Below are positions 36,765 through 47,869 of a stretch of DNA of 55,105 bases, piece after piece (position 1 is the first letter of the stretch; each line of letters opens with the position of its first letter). The notes under the pieces are model-generated. The model was given only the letters and a program-made list of their open reading frames with translations. It was not told the origin of the DNA and searched no databases. Made by a program: the position numbers and the translations under genes. The DNA comes from Vitrella brassicaformis CCMP3155 (taxonomy: Eukaryota > Protista > Chromerida): NCBI GenBank assembly GCA_001179505.1, contig CDMY01000541.1, positions 1 through 55,105 of the forward strand. Reading direction: 5' to 3'.

Positions 36765-39700
36765 TCACACACACACACATGCACACTCATGCACCGATCC
36801 CTCTGTCTCCCCCTCTATGGCTACGCCCGCTCCCGCACCATCGCCATATCTGTTCTGCGGCTGCTTCCCCAGCCGCATGCGGACGCGGTCGTTGAGCTGC
36901 TCCTGCCACTCACGCTGAGCATGCTGTCTGCGGAGGATGGTGTGGCCGTGCAGCTCTGGGGCCCTCTTGCGGATGTAATCCTCCAAGGTGGGCATCTTGT
37001 CCTCCTCCTCTGTCCTGACGACGTTGACCTGCCGATGGGGGCACTTGCCGAAGTCGTAGCCCTCACTGTCGTCACGCTGGGGAGGCCGCACCTTCTCCCG
37101 CAGTCCCCGCCGTCTGCCCCCTCTGTCCTGCTGTTCGTCCTGCCCGTCTTGTTGCTGTGGGGGCTGCTCTTGTGGTGGTGCCTGCACGACCGCAGGTGGT
37201 GGGGAAGGGGGGGTGAGGGTGGGTGGGGCTGCTGCTGGTCTCCTTGTTGCTGCTGTGTGGGTGGGANNNNNNNNNNNNNNNNNNNNNNNNNNNNNNNNNN
37301 NNNNNNNNNNNNNNNNNNNNNNNNNNNNNNNNNNNNNNNNNNNNNNNNNNNNNNNNNNNNNNNNNNNNNNNNNNNNNNNNNNNNNNNNNNNNNNNNNNNN
37401 NNNNNNNNNNNNNNNNNNNNNNNNNNNNNNNNNNNNNNNNNNNNNNNNNNNNNNNNNNNNNNNNNNNNNNNNNNNNNNNNNNNNNNNNNNNNNNNNNNNN
37501 NNNNNNNNNNNNNNNNNNNNNNNNNNNNNNNNNNNNNNNNNNNNNNNNNNNNNNNNNNNNNNNNNNGGGGGGCTGGCAGACGATGATGGTGTGGGGGAGG
37601 GCGGTGCCGTCGATGACGTCGTCGACGGGAGAGGGACGTTGATCTGCACATCCTTCTCTCGCATACCGTCATGCGCCCCGCCATACCCCCAATACACGTC
37701 CCCCGCCCCTGTCCTCTGACCATTGTGTGCCCACGGGGCTGGTGTTGGGTTCATCATGCGCTCGCGACGCTCCTTGAAGGGGAAGCGGCTCTCGTCGACG
37801 ATCACCTCAGGGGTCTCGTAGACCTTCTTGGTGTCGATGTCGAGGACGCGGTAGGTGTTCTTCATCTGCGGCGCCATGCCCAGCATCACCATCATCTTGC
37901 CCTTGGGCTGCAGTCCTCTCCTGGTCTCCTTCCTCTGGTGCACGAACGCCGCCGAGCCGAAGAGGTAGAGCCCCTTGATGGTCGCCTTCTTGCCGTAGAG
38001 GGCGAAGTGGGGGAAGGTCTGTTTGCCGTCGGGGAGCCGTGCCGCCTTGGTCACGGTGATGTTGTACACCCTGACGGCGTGGTCTAGGGCGTACGGCCAG
38101 TACTCGTCAGGCACCCCTGCGTCCGCCATGATGGACGTCATCAGCCCTATGAGTATGCCGACCTTGTGCTCGACGACGCCTCCCTCGCTCCTGTGGTGTG
38201 GGGCGTTGAACCGCTGGCGGATGCGGTGCTCGATGCAGTACTGCGCCAGTTTGCCGAACCGGAACTCCTTGGCACCGTCGCTCTGCAGCATCTTGACCTT
38301 GCCCATGGCCTGCTCGTAGCGGCCCACGCACTCGGTGATCTTGTTGCGCGACGTGACGGCGAAGGTGGTGATGTGGCGGGTCTTGTCGTCGACCATGACG
38401 AAGAACCCCGTGTGGCCCTTGACCGACGTCACCTTCATCGGCTTGTGGTCGAGGTGGACGAGGTCGAGCGCCTCCTTCGCTCGTGTGCCTGGCTCTCTGC
38501 AGATGTTCTTGAGCCGCATCTTGCCCGCTACGCAGCCCTCGCACACGCACCCATTCTCTGGTGGCTTGATGTTGGGCATGCCGTCGACGAACTCCTGTGA
38601 TTGGGCCAACCGCTTGTGGCCGATATGGCACATCAGCCGATGTGTGCGCGTGGTCGCTGCCACCTCCTCTGTTGTTGCCGTTGCTGCCAGCGGTGGGGTG
38701 GTCTTGGTCTTGGGTGGGGGTGGCGTCTTGGGTGGGGTTGGGGGTGGTGGTGGTGGGGAGTTGGGTGAGGGCATGGTGGACAGATAGTAGAGGTCGTTCT
38801 CTCTGCGAAGGGGAACGGTCATCTGGCCGAACTTGATGCACGAACGGGCCCCTGGAGATGCGTGGTGTAGTTGTACACTCGATCGAGGGCTCCAGCCGAC
38901 AGCAGGTTGACGGACAAGTCGGGCACGTACAACACATCCTTCACTCGCATCTCCACCACACGACCCTCTGCTGTCCGCACGAACAGCTGGACATCACCCA
39001 CCCCCTCTGCCATTGTTGTGTCCCCCGTCACCGATCGGATACGGTACCGTTTGGTGGGTGTGAGGTTGAGGAAGTTGCCCTTGTCGAACATGCAGTGCTT
39101 CTGCGCACCCGAGTCCGCAATGATGCGGTTGTCCTTCTTGTCAGACAGCGTGGCCGCCACTCGCGTCTCGATGATGGCGTCCTCCTCACTGCCGCCTGTC
39201 TCGTCGCTGACCTCCTCCACCCTTGTGTGTGACGCCATGCTGATGCCGTAGCCCTCCTCCGTGATGTACGAGTCCTCGAAGACCGGCGAGGTCTCGTCCT
39301 CGAATGTCGCGTTGGTGTGGTATGAGCGACCCCCGCCCCCTCTGCCGCGGGAGGCACCTCTGCCCCCTCTCGACGGCTGATAGCCGCGGCCACCTCGACT
39401 GCGATATCCTGGGGGCACCCATCCACCTGGCCACTGGACCCTGTTTCGCTCCTCGTCCGACTTGAGCAGCCAGCAGTGCTTCCAGCCGCCCTTGTGCGTC
39501 TTCTGGCAGTAGTCGCAGAGCAGGGGCGTGAGGGGCTTCCTGTTGTCCCCTTGGCCGTTACCACCGGCGAAGCCCCCTCGGCCGTAGCCACCCCTGCCGC
39601 GACTGACGCCCCTGCCGTTGCCTCTGCCGCCTGTGTTGCCGTTGCTCCACGACTTGACGTTGGCCGACATGGAGATGTTGCCGCTCTCCATGTTGTGGTC

Positions 39701-40537
39701 GTCGGCGAAGTCTTGCAGTCGCTGCTGGAACTGCTGCCAGTCGCGGAGTGCAGGTGTGCCGTGGAGGAACATGACGAACTTCTCGAGCGCTGTCTTGCTG
39801 AGGGCCTTCTTCATGACGTTGATCTTGATGATATCGCTCATCTCGTGGTCGAACGCCTTGGCATGCGCGCACAGCTGGTTGAAGCGCGCCAGCTCGAGGG
39901 GCACGTCGATGGTCGTCATCTCGAAGTCCATCACGTTGGTGACCGCCCTGGTCTTCATGGCATCCCGGTCTGGCGCATATGTCGATGCCAGCCGGTAGAA
40001 GAGCTCTGCCCCGTTGCCCGTCTTGTCCTTGTTGCCTCTCCATTCCGTCATAGCTGACTGGATGATCTCCTTTGCCCTGCCCTGGCAGCAGACGATCAGC
40101 AGGCTCCAGAGCTCCTTGAGGGCGTTGTGCTGCTTGGTGGGGCGGCGGGCGATTTCCTCGTCCGAGCTGGCCGGGCTCGAGAGGGCCTCTGCCAGTGTGT
40201 CAGCCTCCCACAGCCCTGGTGCTTTGCTCCTCTCTGCCCCGGTCATGGGCAGGAGCGCCTCCATCGACCTTGCCGTCATCAGGCCGAGCAGATTCATGTA
40301 GAAGTCGTACCACTCTCCCGGTTCGCCGGAGAATTTGGGCATGTCGAGTTTGGCCATCTCGGTCATGGGCTTGGACGAGAAGCCGCTCGTCTGGCCTCCA
40401 TTGCCGAGTGCCGCCGCCAGTGCTTGAGCGACGTCTGCCTGTCGCTCCTGCCGCTCTGCCTGCCGTTCGTTGGCGAGCATCTTGCCCAGCTCGCCGACGA
40501 GCTCCTTGACGTCGACGCTCATCACGTCACTCCTCAC
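36765..40537 (-). pseudogene. Copia gag-protease (38819-40537) and integrase (36765-38822), separated by a frameshift
   Basis: Zinc-knuckle-like CDYCQKTHKGGWKHC, protease IIADSGAQKH, HHCC-like HRLMCHIG...CEGCVAGK, and the DDE core (HLD...QSDGAKEF...VVEHK). Confidence 0.92.
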
Positions 40538-40566
40538 TCACGACTCGCCACCTGTTGCTGCGCCCA

Positions 40567-40713
40567 TGACAGACCCGATGTGAGTGAAGAGAATATCCGT
40601 CACTGAGCCACATACACAGAGGTCATGAGTCCCACACGTCACATACCATAGTGCATGCAGCTGGTACACTGTAGCATCTAAACATAACGGTCATATACTG
40701 GCCAATCCTGTCA
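40567..40713 (-). repeat. Copia 5' LTR (147 bp), followed by a PBS-like TGGGCGCAGC
   Basis: Homologous to 34799-35005 with several substitutions and indels. The primer tRNA could not be identified. Confidence 0.85.
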
Positions 40714-40869
40714 GAAGGAGGGCGTGGTCCTGATTGACATCATTGAGGAGGGAAAGCGGCATCTTGGCGTTTGCGTTCCGTTTCGAGAACTCCGGGCGTT
40801 CCAGGATCAAGCAGTGTGAAAGACAGAGGCAGGGATCACAGCGTCTACAAAGACACACACATATGATTG

Positions 40870-41947
40870 CCTTCAGGTGGTTGGCTCTCGCACCGCAGCC
40901 GGCGTTGGAACTGGCTCAATCGATGGAGCACAACTATACGGTGATCACAACCGGTAGATGCGTGCCCATTCATTTCGACGATGTGTCTGTCTTCACACTG
41001 CAGCAAGCCCTGAAAAACGCCGTTCGACCCACCGTGCCAAAGCTGCAGCTGAGATGCAGACTCAGACGGGTATCGGAATCAGGAGTCCCGCCCCCCATGA
41101 TGTCGTCGCAAAGCCTTGCGGGCGCTGAAGGGGGCGGAGAAGGTGAGACAGCGATGCACGCGCCTTTCTCTGGCTTAGTGAGTACTGTGTGTTTGCTTCA
41201 GATGCCATGTCGGGTCCTTCGGTAAGTCGTGAGCGGAGTGAGGCGCTCAGTCAGGATGTGGCCATCACCACAACACTCGATACCATCAGAAGGCACTTCC
41301 AGGACTTCCAAATAATCAGGGAGAAGGTGATCGAGCCGGAGTTTCTCGTTTGTAAGCTGCTTCTCGTCTGTGTTTCGTTCAGCTATCGCACCATGTAGAG
41401 ACGCTCTCTGAGCCATCTGACCACCTCTCGTCGTCCATCGATGGCGCAGCTCTCCACTCCTCTTCGCTTCCTGCATTGAGGGAGAGCCTCGACCATTTGC
41501 CTGATGCATTGGATAGGCTGCAGGGCATGCTTGACATGTGCCATCAGTCGCTAGGTCCGCAGGCATGTACTCGCATATTTCCCTGCATTTCTCCACCACA
41601 CACATATGCGCACGTATGTGTGCAGGTAGTGTGTCTGGTCCAGTGAGGAAGATGGCCATGTACCTCAGAGACATTCGCAAAGCCACAACGGTGAGCATTC
41701 AGCAGACGGCTCTTTCCTGCAACGATCCTCTCGCATTCAGGGTATCGAAGAGGACATCCCAACACCCACTGCAGAGGAGCCCTCGCCCCTCGCCCTCCCC
41801 CCGCCCACATACTACGACGAAATCCTCTCTCGCGTCATGGAAGACTTCACCATCTCGCCGAGACCAAAAGAAAGAGACTCCACCAAGGCCAAGGGAGCCT
41901 CCCCTGCTACTGGTGTGGTCGATGTTGAGGCTTATCTGGGCGACTGA
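40870..41947 (+). CDS. Hypothetical multi-exon protein
   Basis: GT-AG-bounded coding-like blocks (TLDTIRRHFQDFQIIREKVIEPEFL; GIEEDIPTP...YDEILSRVMEDF...VEAYLGD*); no recognised domain. Confidence 0.35.
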
Positions 41948-43939
41948 GGAGCGAGGGCCTGATGGGTGAAGAACGACGGGAAGAGGGACACCGGGCGGAC
42001 GAGGGGTGGTCCCTCCCCGCACCGAGGGAGGTGGGCGAGGCCGGGCCGACCAGTGAAGCGCGCGCCTCCACTGCCTTGTAAGCCATGAGTGGTTTGCCAT
42101 GTGTCTCACTTTCTAGCGGCCTCTGTGTGCATGTCTCCATTAGCGGCGTTGAAAGAGCACATTGCTCTCTACACATGGGCGGACCAGCTGGATGCATCAA
42201 TGGAGCCAGACCTGTCGCCGTCCATTGCACTCGATGCGACATACAGGGGCAAAGTCGGTCTCAAGGTGCCCTCCCAATCTCCCCAGAGACAGCGTCTCTC
42301 TGTGTTGCAAGAGGAGGATTCACCGCCAGCAGCCTCCCTTGCAAGCGGCCTGCCGGCCCCAAACTATCTCGTATGTCGGACAAACATCAGGGCATCACGC
42401 GAGCTGTGTGCATGGATGTGTTTTCTGTCAGAGTGTGTTTCCGTCGCTATCGTCCAACACATCGGCACTGCCACCGCCCGGCTTTCTGCCCACCCCGTCT
42501 ATCGTCGTGCCTGCTCTGCCGCCGTTGCTATCCTCGCCGAACACGTCGCCCGACTCTGAGCCGATCCGACCTCAGTCGTTCTGTCAGAGCCACACCGCCG
42601 CCAGTGCATCCACCTATAGCAGCAACAGACAGGGAAGGCAGAGGCAGGGCAGGAAGGGAGGCAAGCAGTGATGGGAACACAGGCCACACATACGGGCGTT
42701 GGGTGCATGGTGTCGTTATGTGATGTGATGTGTTTGTTGTGGTGCCATGCCGAGTGCAGATGTATTTCGCCTCTTTACCGCCGATCCACCGACTTGCCGA
42801 CTTTGTCTCGTGACACCGACATGTGCATGGTCTCTGCGCCGCCCTCCGCCGGTGATTTTGTTCGGGATATCCGTGCCTCGCGTTTCGAGCGGCGGGGTGG
42901 TGATGCGAAGTGGACACCTCGCATCGATGTTTGTCTATGTGGATCTGTGTCGCGAGTCCCGTCTATCCCTCCGACAAGGTGCGCAGTAGCTGGAAGGAAG
43001 AGCAGACAGACAGGAGGACGCATACATGGAATGAATGGATGTGTATCGACCGTCTGTCGCACACACAACCGACCTGTATGTGGGTGTTCCCGCACCCCCG
43101 TGACCACCGCCTCCGCGTATGTGTGCAGCCGACGTGTGCGTCCACTGTATATGTGAGCACAAAGTGTTTGTTCTGCTCGTGCCCATGTGTATTTCGATGG
43201 ATGTGTTGCGTGTCCGTCGATGGGTGCGTGCGAGTGCCTGTCTGCCTGTCTGCCTGTCTGCCTGCCTGGATGGATGGATGTGTGTCTGGATGGATACATG
43301 GATGGGAGCCGATGGATGGGTAAGGGAGAGAGAGCGATGTGGATGTGTCTTTGTCCACGGAGGAGAAGCGAGCCCTTACATGACATGAATGATGCTGTCT
43401 GTAGCCGTTCATGGCGTAGCGTGTCAGTGGAGCAGTCGAAGTGATGCAGGCAGCCAGGCATGTGTGCATTGGATGTGTCCATGGAGCCGAGCTGATGAGA
43501 GCTGATAGAGCTGTCCAGAAGTGCATAGAGCAGCGTTTACTCATGTCGTGGTTGAGCAAGTTCGCCAATATAGCCAGCGCTGCTAGCTAAGCCGTTAAAA
43601 GGACACGTCAGCGATCCCCCCCTTGTGGTGCGTCAGCCCTTCGGCTTGTGCTGTGTTGCGTCTTGTGGTGTTGCGTTGCCGTGAGTGTCGTGTTGCGTCG
43701 CCGTGGACTACGTGGAGTGTGTGCACACATCAAGGGTCCTTCTCCTCCCCTCCCCTCGGAGAGAAGACAACGTGAGCCACACACGTCTTGACCCAGTGTT
43801 ACTCGTCTTGAGGGTCCATCACATCATCCACTTCATCATCCCTATTCACCATCACTAGAGCCAGCCATCCCTCTCTCACCCCCCTTGTCCAGCACGCACA
43901 GAGAGCGGTGGCGCGTTAGTGTTTCTCTTCTGTCTGTTT

Positions 43940-46178
43940 GTCTGTCTGCCTCTGTCTTGTCACGCACATCTCACACACCCAGGGAGGCACAGAGGAGGAC
44001 GCCAACGTATCAGGCGGAGACGGGGACGAGGCAATGGATGTCCATGCCGCAGAGCGGGCGTGGCCTACCGACGCGGCCAACTTCGCGGTGGGCGTGATTG
44101 AGCGGCGTGCTGCGAGCACGGAGCGGAGTCATGGGCGTGGCCGGCAGGCGAGGGCGACTTACACGAACTTCACATCGTGGTTCGCTGGCCCTTCGACCCG
44201 TCCCGTTCTCTCGCCAAACATGCTTTTCGCCGCCTGTGGGATGCAGTCGTGGGACGGCGTGTTTCCCGTGCCGTGGCTGCTTGCCCGGCGAGAGGGGGTG
44301 CCGCTGGAGGCGACCCGCTATGCCATGACGTTCCAACAAGATGTCGCGGCCCTGTCGGAGGCTGACCGAGCGGCCTTCGACTGGTCGACTGCTGCGTTTG
44401 CGAACCGTGTTTTTGTGAGGCACCCGGAGGTGCTGATTGTGATGAACTGCAGCCCACCGAGCGAGGACGGCATCGATGCAGGTATGGATGTGTGTGTGAG
44501 AAAAAGAAAAGGTGTCGGGCATGGAGTGGTTGATGTGTATGGATGTGACTGATGGTGCAGGTATGGTGGAGAAGGTCGCTACATCGTTCGACCTGTATGA
44601 CGAGGCGTATGATCTGGTGTGCATCGCGTCGGTGCTCCCGCGCGAGGCGTCGGTGCAGCTTTCGCGACAGCAGCGTCGCTATGCTGCTGGCAGTTACCAG
44701 ACTTGCGCGCTTTTGCGGTGGGCAGCCGATCATCCTGGCTGGTGGTTCGCGTTTGATGGTCATGCACCGCAACGGGCATGGAGTCTGAGGGCCAACGAGG
44801 CAGTCGAGTCGTGCGCAATGCGAGTGCTGACGGGCTGGACGACCATGATGTTCGTGCGACGTGCTGCGAGCATTCGAACGGACGCTCAGGTCCGTCTCCG
44901 CGAGCTGACGAGCGGCCAGTCGATTGTCAGGTGTCGCCAGCACGACAGCCACTATCCGACCATTCTCTCGCCGCTTTCACTGGTGCAAGAGTCGGTGGGG
45001 TGCTGCTATCCACCGTTCGATGCGACTTTGGACAGCGTTGAAGTGCGGCCCGCAACATGTCAGGCGAAGGTGGTCCGCTACTGTTGCCCATTCAAGATAC
45101 ATTGGGGAAGTTCTGTTGGGTGGAGCTGTCCGGTGGGTTTGTGCGCCAAGCATTTTGCCGAGGTCAGCAGGGAGGTCGGTGAGGCCGAGAGCGAGGAGGA
45201 CGTTGGCTATCGGCTGCTGTGCTATCGACCTGGGGCATCGAGGAGACAGGGCGAGAGTGATGATGCCGTTGGTATGGCAACCGGTGCAGCTGCTGATGGT
45301 GACATGAACGCTGACGGTGGCGGCGGCCATCAGGACGGGGCTCATTGTGCGGATGCGAACGCGACTGAAGAAGACAATGGGCATGCCGAGGTCGAGTGGG
45401 ACATGATCAATGAGTGTCTGAGGAGCTGTGCATTTGATGAGTAGCCTGACGATGCACAGGACGCTGCGGACCGGGCGGAGCATGCCGCATGAGAGCAGTT
45501 GGTTGCCGATGCGGTGACGGACGCTGGGCCGGCAGACTTTGGCATGGAGAACGCGACCGATGACCGGCTTCTCGACGTGGACAACAGCCAGCTCCCTCTG
45601 TACAGCATCAGCCCGCATGGCGACCGGATCTGGGCCCACCTGCTGTTCAACCCCTGCTTTCGACTTTGGCGCCGTCTGAAGAAGGGTGACAGCAAGATGA
45701 AGCTGTCGGCACAGCGGTTTCTGCAGAGCTTGACGGCCAAGGACTCGACGCGCAGTGCGTGCATCACTCACCCGGAGGCCGACATGTTCCCCGACATTTT
45801 TTTGTGGACAAGAGGGACCACACTCCCATCGGCGCCCTTCCCGCGTCCATGCTCGCTTCCTCATCGTGGAATGGGAAGCGGAGGATTGCATCTGCAATGA
45901 AGCACTTCAAGCTGCGGATCCGCGATCATTGCCTTCGGACCGCAGCCAACGAGAACTACATTGGGTTCATGTACAACATTCACGTTAACATGGAGCTCAA
46001 CCACACGCACTCGTCACTAGTGCTGAATCGAGGGACCGAGTATATGAAGCAGCGACAGGACAACACCAGGGAAGTCATCGAGACGGCGCTGCCGATGGAT
46101 GCGGGCGAGGCGCGGAAGCGCGTTCGGGAGCTGTCGGCATGGACACAGGTGGGCAGTGGGGTGACCAACGAGCGCATT
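43940..46178 (+). mobile_element. 5' part of a divergent Helitron-like ORF: USP-like (peptidase C19-fold) domain and Rep N-terminal region, truncated at the 60-bp array
   Basis: USP-like RHPEVLIV...SFDLYDEAYDLVCIASV...GSY...GWWFAFDG. Rep-N-like EADMFPDIF...IGALP...KHFKLRI...YIGFMYNIHVN...LVLNRG. One intron (~44481-44560), an in-frame stop at 45444 and a frameshift near 45.8 kb. HUH motifs are not reached. Confidence 0.55.
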
Positions 46179-46680
46179 TATGATGAATGTCTGTATGTGC
46201 ACCCCTGCGTACACATGTCGACTTGGAGTGTGTACATGATGAATGTCTCTATGCTCATGCACGTCTCGACTTGGAGTGTGTGTATAAAATGAACGTCTGT
46301 GTGCGCACCTCTGCGCATGCACGTGTCGACTTGGAGTGTGTGTATGGAGTGTGTGTATATAATGAACGTCTGTGTGCGCACCCCTGCGCATGCATGTGTC
46401 GACTTGGAGTGTGTGTCTATAATGAACACGACACACACTCCAAGTCGACACGTGCATGCGGTTCATTATAGACACACACTCCAAGTCGACACGTGCATGC
46501 GCAGGGGTGCGCACACAGACGTTCGTCAGATACACACACTTCAAGTCGAGACGTGCATGCGCACACAGACATTCATCATGTACACACACTCCAAGTCGAC
46601 CTGTGCACGCAGGGGTACACACATAGACATTCATTAAATACATACACTCCAAGTCAACAAGTGCATGCGCAGAGGTGCGC
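46179..46680. repeat. Head-to-head (palindromic) array of the 60-bp unit
   Basis: Reverse units 46179-46427 and forward units 46428-46680. A perfect 30-bp inverted repeat lies at 46398-46427 / 46461-46490. Confidence 0.95.
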
Positions 46681-47715
46681 CTCCTTGCTGCCCATGCCCA
46701 GCAGCAGCAGGTGCCGGAGGGATGCCCTCCAACACGGTCACCCACTCCTCAGCAAAGAACTTGCCGCTCACACGCTGCAGTGACCCTGCCTCAGACGAGC
46801 CGATGAACTTGCGCAATCCGCCGGCGTCCCACTCCTACTCCTCGTGCCCGTCGCGATCCCAGTGCCCTTGCCGCACGGTGGCGAATCGGGGCATCCGCCA
46901 CCCCCGGTCGGCCAACGCATGATGCTCGCGCCGTAGGCCTTCAATCGTGGTGACTGCGTCGAGGGTCGGCGGTGGGTTCAGACGAGCGGGCAGGGCCGGA
47001 TGGGGCCTCGATACCGCCTGCCTCGCCTCCCTCGTCCCACACGCTCGGATCCTCACCAGATCCCCCTGCTCCAACGTGATCGTCTGCAGGGTCCCTCCAG
47101 ACAGGCCCTCCACCATGGCCACAACCACGTCCAAACACCAGTCTGTGATGGGGAAGGGGATGCGGAGGATGATGGTGGTGACGTGGGTGAGTCGAGCGGC
47201 CAGCTGCGTGGTGACGAAGGGGAGAGGGATGTGCTGCCAGAAGGACAGCTCCCTCGCGGTTGCTGCGCTGATCGTGATGTGCGACAGGTGGGCTGCGGTA
47301 CGCTGCCACATGGACTTGCCCAGCTGCACCATCAGGGGGATGGTGGGCAGGAATGCCATCATGTAACCGAAAAGGCCCTCCTGAAGCGAAGCACACGCAG
47401 CACACGCAGGCAGCCACGCAGCCAGTCAGTCACTGGCAGGCACAGCGGCAGTGGCCTCTCTGGCGTGTGGCTGGCTCACCGAGTCGCTGATCTGCTTGCA
47501 CAAGCCTCTCTCGCTCTCCTCCCGCCGCTGCCGCTCCTCCTCGCTCTCACCACCACGACCACCACCACCGCCAGGTGCAGCAGCACCCGACGAACACGCA
47601 GACGAAGCCGCAGCACCCGCCGCCGCCTTACCGTGACGAGATCTCTTGAACTGCAGCCACAAACCACACACAGCGAGGCAGACAGCCAGCCGACATCCGT
47701 GCGGTGGAGTGCGCC
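46681..47715 (-). pseudogene. Lineage-specific F-box-like family member, with an in-frame stop and truncated at the 60-bp array
   Basis: Ala/Gly/Ser-rich N-terminus, then GLFGYMMAFLP...HITISAA...SFWQHIPLPF...GWRMP...EE*EWDAGGLRKFIGSS...SLQRV...AGHGQQGG, which runs directly into repeat sequence. Confidence 0.55.
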
Positions 47716-47869
47716 GTCGATTGCAAGCGCTCCTGTCATGCGCCTCATCTGTCTACTCACCTGTCTACCGTCCTCTTCCATTGCTGCTGATACAGATGTC
47801 ATTCACCAAGGTTGCCGAGCCGTGCGAGCTTTCTCTGGAGACGGAAAGTCGGTGGTCACACGCAGCTTC

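Larger units (their letters stand above)
34799..40713 (-). mobile_element. Ty1/copia LTR retrotransposon, defective (frameshifts), no target-site duplication
   Basis: Two related LTRs with TG...CA ends on the minus strand and a PPT (GGCGAGAGGGGG) next to the 3' LTR. Domain order is gag-PR-IN-RT-RH. Flanks CACAC and GAAGG do not match. Confidence 0.95.

Noticed and set aside
39476-40606. Long + strand ORFs opposite copia gag and integrase, and opposite LINE ORF1
   Set aside because: These are antisense shadows of GC3-rich coding sequence.
42089-43600. Several 130-235 aa ORFs on both strands
   Set aside because: No recognisable motifs, heavy microsatellite content, and no consistent exon chain could be built.
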